A stretch of DNA of 44,560 nt from an uncultured Anaerolineales bacterium. Lineage in GTDB: Bacteria > Chloroflexota > Anaerolineae > UBA7937 > B3-Chlor. The notes under the pieces are model-generated. The model was given only the letters and a program-made list of their open reading frames with translations. It made no database searches and was not told the DNA's origin. The stretch is taken from positions 1 to 44,560 of the forward strand of contig CAZNMJ010000003.1 of the NCBI GenBank assembly GCA_964573815.1, read 5' to 3'. The position numbers were made by a program, and so were the translations under genes. This document shows positions 38,003 through 44,560 of this stretch, piece after piece; position 1 is the first letter of the stretch; each line of letters begins with the position of its first letter.

Positions 38003-39670
38003 CTATGGCGCACCCAATCCGGCGAGTTCATCAGCGATAATAGACTTTTCCAGCTTCTTCACAAGCAACGTTGGCGTGTGAAGATCATGATCCGCCGCCA
38101 ACTCCCGATACTCCCACATGGGTCGTTCGTTGAGAAACCCCAAGGCGGTCTCTGCAGTAAATGGTAGGAATGGGAAAGACACACTGGCCATATTGAGAAT
38201 CACATCCAAGCAAATCTTCAAGCTTGTCGCTGCCCGTTCCCCGTCTTCCGATAGGGCTGCCCACGGGGCTTGCTTGTCAATGTATTTGTTCGCATCTTGC
38301 ACGACGGAAAAGATCTCTTTCAATGCCTCCCGCATCTCGCCGCGTTCCACCAGCGCACCCACTCTCTCAAACACCGATCTGCATCTCTCGGCGATGGCCC
38401 GATCTTCATGAGTATACACCCCCGGACAGGGAACCTTGGGGCCAAATCCTTTCAGGACCAACGTCAACGTTCTATTGACGAGATTACCGAAATCTCCGAG
38501 CAACTCGCCATTATTCTTCTCCAGGAACTCGTGCCACGAGAAGTCGCTATCTCTCTTCTCGGGAGCGTTCGTGATGAGGGCATAGCGGAGCGGATCTGGA
38601 TCATACTTCGCAAGGTAGTCGTTCGCCCATACCGCCCAGTTCCTGCTCGTGGAGATCTTCTTGCCCTCTATGGTGAGGTATTCACTAGACAGCACGTAGT
38701 GTGGCAAGGAGGCGAAGTCGAGTCCCATCAGCAGGCTGGGCAAGATCAGGGTATGGAAGGGGATGTTGTCCTTCCCATGGATGAAATACGATGTCGACTG
38801 AGGTCCCCAGAAATCCCTCCACAGCGACGTATCCCCTCTCTCGTTCGCCCACTCCATGCTCGCCGTCAAGTAGCCAAGTACCGCCTCGAACCACACGTAG
38901 ATCTTCTTGTCCTCGAAGCCCTTGATGGGAACATCAATACCCCAATCCAAATCCCTGGTCACCGCCCGGTCTTTCAGACCTTCCTTCAGGTATCTTCTCG
39001 TCAGGGCTACGGCATTGTCTCGCCACCGTGAGCTGCTCCTTTCGAGAAGCTCTTCCAGGGCTTCCTGGAATTGCGAGAGACCCAAGAACAGGTGCTCTGT
39101 TTCGCGTATCTCCGGCTCATGGCCACACAAGGTGCACTTCATGTTGATGAGTTTCTCTACGTCAACCAGCAGGCTGCACTCATCGCATTGATCTCCCCTG
39201 GCCGCGGTAGATCCACAGTTATAGCAAGTGCCAACAATGTAGCGGTCCGGAAGAAACCGGTTGCAGTGAACGCAGAAGGCCATCTTCACGGGCTTCGCGT
39301 AGAGCAGTCCCTTCTCGTCGAGCGTCGAGAAGAACTTCCTCACTTCCTCCTTGTGAAATGTGCACATCGTGGCCGTGTAGATGTCGTAACTGAACCCAAT
39401 GGCCTCGAATGTCTGCTTGAACTCGTCATGATAGCGCTGTGCAACGACCGCTGGAGATACCCCTTCACTCGCGGCCTTGACGGAGATAGGAGTCCCGTGA
39501 CAGTCCGATCCGGATACGTAGAGTACGTGGGCGCCCGTCATCCGGAAATATCTCGCGAGAACGTCTCCGGGCAGCAAGGCGGCAATGTGGCCCAGGTGGA
39601 GTGATCCATTGGCGTAGGGCCAGGCCCCTCCAATCAGTATGTGCTTGCCAGTGTTCTTCCGCGCTGACAT
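38003..39670 (-). CDS. metG: Methionine--tRNA ligase (two-knuckle type, no C-terminal tRNA-binding appendage)
   Basis: PYANGSLHLGH, GSDCHG, four CxxC pairs, YVWFEA, GKDNIPFH and KISTS; GGAGAGG before ATG 39670. Confidence 0.96.
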   Translation of the reverse strand: MSARKNTGKHILIGGAWPYANGSLHLGHIAALLPGDVLARYFRMTGAHVLYVSGSDCHGTPISVKAASEGVSPAVVAQRYHDEFKQTFEAIGFSYDIYTATMCTFHKEEVRKFFSTLDEKGLLYAKPVKMAFCVHCNRFLPDRYIVGTCYNCGSTAARGDQCDECSLLVDVEKLINMKCTLCGHEPEIRETEHLFLGLSQFQEALEELLERSSSRWRDNAVALTRRYLKEGLKDRAVTRDLDWGIDVPIKGFEDKKIYVWFEAVLGYLTASMEWANERGDTSLWRDFWGPQSTSYFIHGKDNIPFHTLILPSLLMGLDFASLPHYVLSSEYLTIEGKKISTSRNWAVWANDYLAKYDPDPLRYALITNAPEKRDSDFSWHEFLEKNNGELLGDFGNLVNRTLTLVLKGFGPKVPCPGVYTHEDRAIAERCRSVFERVGALVERGEMREALKEIFSVVQDANKYIDKQAPWAALSEDGERAATSLKICLDVILNMASVSFPFLPFTAETALGFLNERPMWEYRELAADHDLHTPTLLVKKLEKSIIADELAGLGAP

Positions 39671-39776
39671 CCCAGACCTCTCCAGGGAACTCCCGCTCCC
39701 AGTATCGTCGGCCACATGCGAAGCGCCAGCGCGGGTTAACGGCTGGTCGTTCGGCCGGTGCCCGTACCTCAAGCAG

Positions 39777-39805
39777 AGGATACCGTGCTTACCTGTGGGT
39801 GTCAA
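39777..39805 (-). promoter_or_regulatory. Sigma70-type promoter of metG
   Basis: TTGACA (39805-39800), 17 bp spacer, TATCCT (39782-39777). Confidence 0.6.
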
Positions 39806-39820
39806 ATGAGTATGGGACAC
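39793..39820. repeat. 28-bp putative recombination site, copy C
   Basis: CTGTGGGTGTC-AAATGA-GTATGGGACAC; overlaps the metG -35. Confidence 0.5.
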
Positions 39821-39871
39821 GCCTTTGGCCTGCAAAGCACGCCATGACCACTTAAATGGCAACGCGACAAC

Positions 39872-40004
39872 GTGTGCCTGCCAAATGGCGATGGGACACG
39901 TCTTGGAGAAGCCAGAACGCTCGGAGCGGTGCTACCGGAGGCGAGATGAGCGGCGCAGTCACACGTGTGTTTGTGGCTTCGAAACACCCGTTCTGTGCCC
40001 AATC
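39872..40004. repeat. Imperfect direct repeat copy A, beginning with the 28-bp site
   Basis: GTGTGCCTGCC-AAATGG-CGATGGGACAC; 55/70 identical to 44188-44257, with weaker similarity further on. Confidence 0.75.
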
Positions 40005-40053
40005 ACACCGGTCTGGCGCACGCCCGACAACGACCCTCTGCCCAGGGAAACTC

Positions 40054-43000
40054 CTAGTAGCGTAGCCGTCTCTCTACTGCCGACCTGGTGTCCTCCGTTC
40101 TGGCCTGTTGATCATACGTGACGGCGATGCCTTCCAGCAGATCGGCTACGTAGGGATACTCGCCCGCCAGCTTCCGCGACCAGTTTCTGTACCTCGATGC
40201 GAGCTCGCGTTCCTGTTCCCCACCTTCGCCACGCGCGTGAACGCCACGAGAGTTGTAGACGCCAATCTGCATGCCTTCTGCCATGTCGGGGGTGCCGCAT
40301 TGTTGCAGCGCTGCGCACAGTTCTACACATGGCCACGTTCCATCAGGTCCCGCAGGGGCTGCCGACAGCAGCTCACCGATCTGATGATCTCCCACTTCAG
40401 CGCGTCCGAATCTGGCACAGAGCGACTGTGCTTCTTTGATCCAAGCTACCAGTTTGCCGTCGTCGATCTTCCCCGTCTCGTCGGTACCTGGAATGCGTCT
40501 GGCGCCTCTCAGCAGATGGTAGGCTGTTCTCCCAACACTAGACTCCTGCTCTGGATCGCTCACTTTCCACTCGGGAGGGTCCTCGCCACCGTCGATCCGT
40601 CGATAGACAAGAGCAAGAGCCTGAACAAACAACGCGGGTGAGCTCGCAATCTGCTTCTGTAGATTCGGGATGCCATGCTGGGTGTGATCGAGGACTGCTA
40701 CGTAGCGGAGCTCAAGACTGGCCATTTCCTCTTCGCTCATGTTGGCGCGCCCCTGCAGGACGTCAAACGCTTCGGAGAGATAGTGTCGATCCAGTCGGTA
40801 GGCTTCAGCGCCTTCAGAATCGCAAGTGGCAATTTCCTGAAGGAGGCGCGCCAAGCGCAGAGTCTCGATCTGCTCCAGTGCATGCTGGATGGCGTGGAAG
40901 GCCGCCCGCGGCCTGCGAGCCTCCAGCAGCCGGTCAACCGCCTCGTTGAGATCAGGCGAGTCTCTCCTCAGCCATTCCGGATACACCTCGTGCCAGTACC
41001 GCTGGCTGACCTCGGGACCCGCGGAGTCGGCGAGTACCCACGTGTCGTGCTGGAAGGGAGAGGACTTGAGGAGGCGGCAGGCCAGCGACGGCGACACGAC
41101 ATCCAGCAGCTGCTGTGTGATCTGACCACGAGTGCCGTCATCCACTCCCAGGAGGAAGCCGCGCACCATCTGGTCGAATCTGCCAATTAGGCCCTTGTCC
41201 TCAATCCTCAGGCACTGCTCGAGGAAGTCGGGGGCGGCAGATCGCTCGATTAGGCTGTCCGCCATGAGGAAGCCGATCGCCATTGCTGCGCCGCTGCTCT
41301 CTAGGAGCGCTGTGATCCCCTCGAGCCCCTCTGCTTGCCAGATCTCCTTAAGAGCATCGATCCGGAGCTGCTTGATCCTCTCTTCTCGCTTCTGGAAGTC
41401 TCGTTCGCTGTCTTCTAGTTCGTCAGGAGATTCCGGAACCCACCCCTCCCCAAAAAGCCACCGGTGTCTCATTACAGGGTCTGTTGGAGTCAGAAGGGCA
41501 TACGCATGCCGAGCCCGGTCCACTGTATTGGTCTTCGGTCCGAGCCCCGTGCCCTGCCGCAAAGAAACAGAGCGCCTGATTCTATCTCTCAGGGTGGCCT
41601 TCCGGCCCTCGTCTTCTTCGTCTGTCGCCCAGCGATCTACGAGGTCCCAGATTGCCTGCTGGTCTTCCTGGGACAGCATTCGAAGACTCTCAACGAGATC
41701 ACCGAGCGTGTTCTCATCGTGTGAGGGCCAGGAAAGAGCGAGCTCGAGCGCCTTGCGATTGAACTCGAAGAACTCCGACTCTGGCACCGGATGTCCTGCT
41801 CCCGAGGCATCGCCGCGCCATCTCGGTCTGTAGTTGTATGCACCTATGCGCGGGCCGGGCTCGAGTTGCGCCAGACAGACCTGCCAGCCCGCGGCCGGGA
41901 ATCTCCGCGTCAGGGCCGCAAGGGCGCTCTTGCGCTCGTCGAGTGTCGCGGCGGTCTGCGGCATCCACGAGCGGAATATCGCCTGAAGGCTGTTCTCCGG
42001 CCTATTGCCCCAATTGTCGTCTATCTTCGTTTCTGAAAGCTGAGCAAGGACGAGAGCCACACGCTGCATCAGCTCAGGTGTCCAGGCAATGCTCTCCAGT
42101 GCCCACAGCAGCCCCGTTCGGGGACAGCCGCCGCCGAACAGGTCCGTGTCCGCAGGCTTCAGCAATCCAAGAACTTTCGGTTCATCGCTTCTCAGATCGT
42201 CCTCTATGATCTGCAGGAATTGCAGAGGCGCTGCCTCGGCATACGCGGGAAGGTCACGCGTCTGGGAAAGGAGCTTCTCAGTCGTGAGCGGCGTCAACAA
42301 GCGGCGGATCAGCGCGTCGATCTCTGCCTGAACATCGACCCCCAAACGGTTGCCGAAGAGACCGTTTCCGTGGATGCCCAGAAGGACCAGAGTTTCGCAG
42401 ACACCAGTGCGAAGTGCTCCCGAATGCTCACGGACCTTCCCATATATACCTGCAAACGCTCTCTTGTCTTCCGGAAGATCCAGAGCGGGGTCCTTCTCCG
42501 ACAAGACGAACTCCGCCGCTAGTAGGAAGTCCTCAAGGTCCTTGCGTGTGACAGCTCTCTGGACGGCAAAGAAGGCGTCGATCTTCGACACCACACCTCG
42601 AAACGTGCCAGCACACCAGACAGGCGGGTCATCGAAGTTTACGAGCTCTGTGATCTCCTGTTCGACCTTGTCATACGGCCTATCTGTAAGTAGGGACATG
42701 ACTCCACGGTCGCCTTCCGACTGCGCGTGCCACGCCCCAACGAACATCATCGGGACCAGACTTCGAACAGCACGAGCATCCTTCGCCCACTCGGGATTCT
42801 GGATCGCGGGGATCTTCGAGAGCAGACGACGCAAGATCGTCGGCGAGTGACCCGACTGCCGCGCCAGGTCATCGGCTCTAAGATGGTCATCGATGCCCAT
42901 GGCTGCGAGTGCCACCCTGAACGGTTCATGCCCAAGGAGATCAAGTACAACCGATGGTTCGGGATCGACTGTGTTCCTGGGACGGATCACTATCGTGTGT

Positions 43001-44127
43001 GTGCTCTTCACGATCCGCGCAAGTTCTCGTTCAGCTTCGTCAGTGAACACAATCGGGACAAAGGATGAGGAAGTGGTCGCCAGTTTGCGGAGCATCTTCG
43101 CTTCAGAGAAGACAAGGGCCCTGTCCTTGAGCATTCCGAACGTCTGGTCATCGCTCTCAAACAGGCAATACAGGAAAGCCAGCGCTTCGAGTTTCGAATC
43201 GCCGCATACTATGAGAGGGGAAGAGGGACTCCTTTCCAGCCACTCCTTCACCTCGCCCTTGTAGCGCTCCACCGACGGAGTGAACAGTTCCCTCGGCAGT
43301 TCGGGTGTGGTAGCTGCCGACCACTCCTGCCATAGGTCTTCCAGAGACCGCACACCGTCGGCTGGGTGGCCCATCCTCTCCGCTAACCATCCTTGTGCTT
43401 GTATGGACTGCTCAAGCCATTGTTCGAGATCGCTCGCGTCGTACACCCTCACCGACTTCCATTCCCCTCGTGCCTCGTTGTCCTGTGCCCACTGTCCTTT
43501 TCCGCTCCAGCTTCTTGGGGTCACAAAGACGAAATCCATCGCCAGCCGATCACTTTCAGGAATGGCTCCGACTCGCGCCTTGTAGTCTGAATTGGCCTTC
43601 TGCCTTGGATCCTCACTACATCCGAACTCCCAACGAGACTTGCCCAGCGGAATCCATGGCGTTGCCACACCCGCATCGACGCGGCCATCCCACCCTTTCC
43701 TCTCGGCATTGCCATAGCCGGGGAAGTCAACAAGGGAGAGTTCCTGACCGGTCGAGTTGACTAGCCTTCTCAGAAGAACAGCAAGGTGCGATCGCGCCTC
43801 CAGGTTGCCCTCGGTCCATTGCTCAATGTCCCGTGCCGTGATCTTCAGGAATGGTGGCACATAGGCCCCGACCGCGAGGTTGGGAGCGTGCGCCCGCTGC
43901 TGGTGTTGTTCGAACTCTGCCTGCCGTTCAAGGAGGTCTTTCTGACTGACCCCAAAGGCCTTCTCAAGCCGGGCGGCCATCCTCGCAGAAAGGCCCGCTT
44001 TGCCGTTAAGGAGGTTCGAGAGTGCTGGCCGTCCTACGCCAAGGAGTCTGGCGGCCTCTGTGACTGACATCTCAGGGGGGATGACATTACTGCGAATGTA
44101 CAAGCCCGGGTGGACTCGTCTCTCCAT
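40054..44127 (-). CDS. HigA-type HTH fused to a putative PD-(D/E)XK nuclease-like domain, degenerate NTPase-like region and long helical C-terminus
   Basis: HPG...SVTEAARLLGVGRPALSNLLNGK...MAARLEKAFG; GWDG...WEFG...KANSDY..R...FVFVTPR; AAGGAG RBS. Confidence 0.8.
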   Translation of the reverse strand: MERRVHPGLYIRSNVIPPEMSVTEAARLLGVGRPALSNLLNGKAGLSARMAARLEKAFGVSQKDLLERQAEFEQHQQRAHAPNLAVGAYVPPFLKITARDIEQWTEGNLEARSHLAVLLRRLVNSTGQELSLVDFPGYGNAERKGWDGRVDAGVATPWIPLGKSRWEFGCSEDPRQKANSDYKARVGAIPESDRLAMDFVFVTPRSWSGKGQWAQDNEARGEWKSVRVYDASDLEQWLEQSIQAQGWLAERMGHPADGVRSLEDLWQEWSAATTPELPRELFTPSVERYKGEVKEWLERSPSSPLIVCGDSKLEALAFLYCLFESDDQTFGMLKDRALVFSEAKMLRKLATTSSSFVPIVFTDEAERELARIVKSTHTIVIRPRNTVDPEPSVVLDLLGHEPFRVALAAMGIDDHLRADDLARQSGHSPTILRRLLSKIPAIQNPEWAKDARAVRSLVPMMFVGAWHAQSEGDRGVMSLLTDRPYDKVEQEITELVNFDDPPVWCAGTFRGVVSKIDAFFAVQRAVTRKDLEDFLLAAEFVLSEKDPALDLPEDKRAFAGIYGKVREHSGALRTGVCETLVLLGIHGNGLFGNRLGVDVQAEIDALIRRLLTPLTTEKLLSQTRDLPAYAEAAPLQFLQIIEDDLRSDEPKVLGLLKPADTDLFGGGCPRTGLLWALESIAWTPELMQRVALVLAQLSETKIDDNWGNRPENSLQAIFRSWMPQTAATLDERKSALAALTRRFPAAGWQVCLAQLEPGPRIGAYNYRPRWRGDASGAGHPVPESEFFEFNRKALELALSWPSHDENTLGDLVESLRMLSQEDQQAIWDLVDRWATDEEDEGRKATLRDRIRRSVSLRQGTGLGPKTNTVDRARHAYALLTPTDPVMRHRWLFGEGWVPESPDELEDSERDFQKREERIKQLRIDALKEIWQAEGLEGITALLESSGAAMAIGFLMADSLIERSAAPDFLEQCLRIEDKGLIGRFDQMVRGFLLGVDDGTRGQITQQLLDVVSPSLACRLLKSSPFQHDTWVLADSAGPEVSQRYWHEVYPEWLRRDSPDLNEAVDRLLEARRPRAAFHAIQHALEQIETLRLARLLQEIATCDSEGAEAYRLDRHYLSEAFDVLQGRANMSEEEMASLELRYVAVLDHTQHGIPNLQKQIASSPALFVQALALVYRRIDGGEDPPEWKVSDPEQESSVGRTAYHLLRGARRIPGTDETGKIDDGKLVAWIKEAQSLCARFGRAEVGDHQIGELLSAAPAGPDGTWPCVELCAALQQCGTPDMAEGMQIGVYNSRGVHARGEGGEQERELASRYRNWSRKLAGEYPYVADLLEGIAVTYDQQARTEDTRSAVERRLRY

Positions 44128-44141
44128 TTGTGTTCTCCTTT

Positions 44142-44180
44142 TGTAGCGTGTATCGTAACACGCTACATAAACCGTGTCAA
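44142..44180 (-). promoter_or_regulatory. Promoter with operator palindrome straddling the -10
   Basis: TTGACA (44180-44175), 17 bp spacer, TACGAT (44157-44152); perfect IR TGTAGCGTGT/ACACGCTACA (44142-44151, 44158-44167). Confidence 0.75.
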
Positions 44181-44187
44181 GGCCCTT

Positions 44188-44318
44188 GTGTCCCTGTCAC
44201 ATGCCGATGGGACACGTCCGGTAGAAGCCAGAACGCCGCGAGTAGTGGTGCCGAAGGGCGCAGCGCGAAACAACACACAGCTGCTTGTGGACTGAAGGCC
44301 CTTCTTCTGGGCTCAGTC
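44188..44318. repeat. Imperfect direct repeat copy B, beginning with the 28-bp site, adjoining the integrase stop
   Basis: GTGTCCCTGTC-ACATGC-CGATGGGACAC with GTGTCCC/GGGACAC inverted ends. Confidence 0.75.
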
Positions 44319-44560
44319 CGCGCGCTCGACCATTGCGCCTAGCAGACCACGAAGCTTCCCGACTGCTGTCTGCTTCGTCCTCGTATCCGAGTGCAGGTAC
44401 TTGGCGGTGGTCTCCAGGTCGGCGTGTCCGAGCAGCTCCTGCACGGTTCTGACATCGACACCGTTGCGGATCAGGTGGGTGGCGAAGGTGTGCCGGAGTT
44501 TATGCGGGGTGATGCCCTGGCCTTCGAGCCCAGCCTTGCGGACGGTGCCGGCCAGCATCG
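44313..44560 (-). CDS. Tyrosine recombinase/integrase (XerC/D-like), 3' part only
   Basis: [13 protein letters not shown]...[18 protein letters not shown] catalytic HxxR, H and Y; runs off the window. Confidence 0.92.
   Translation of the reverse strand, partial: MLAGTVRKAGLEGQGITPHKLRHTFATHLIRNGVDVRTVQELLGHADLETTAKYLHSDTRTKQTAVGKLRGLLGAMVERAD

Noticed and set aside
39671-39776. T-box or SAM riboswitch upstream of metG
   Set aside because: Short leader with no T-box or S-box consensus
1-44560. CRISPR array, tRNA or rRNA genes
   Set aside because: No regularly spaced repeats or recognisable structural RNA seen by eye; a covariance-model search was not possible

Overview
Bacterial window with four parts. 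(1) 1-5138: a GC-rich prophage packaging remnant (Zn-finger protein, small-terminase-like gene, ParB-N/DNA methyltransferase, large terminase) ending at an IS21 element (5140-7574) that has no target duplication. (2) 7.6-37.8 kb: a + strand accessory region. It starts with an orphan ParB, an O-antigen-ligase-like protein and a TolB-repeat/secretin fusion. A ~24 kb amino-sugar/acyl tailoring cluster follows: DegT, ABC-2 exporter, priming sugar transferase, GT4/GT2, ACP, PIG-L deacetylase, NAT/GNAT acyltransferase, alpha/beta hydrolases, AMP-ligase, NUDIX, PLP enzymes, two B12 radical SAM enzymes and a HAD. An ISAs1 remnant and a dead PPTase interrupt it. (3) A convergent metG. (4) A 1357-aa HigA-HTH fusion protein and the 3' end of a tyrosine recombinase. 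The most notable unannotated structure is three directly oriented 28-bp (11-6-11) sites resembling tyrosine-recombinase targets (39793, 39872, 44188). They bracket the HigA-fusion gene, and one overlaps the metG promoter, suggesting a recombinase-driven cassette or tandem-integration array. No tRNA, rRNA or CRISPR array was seen. All calls come from reading motifs by eye, with no database searches.
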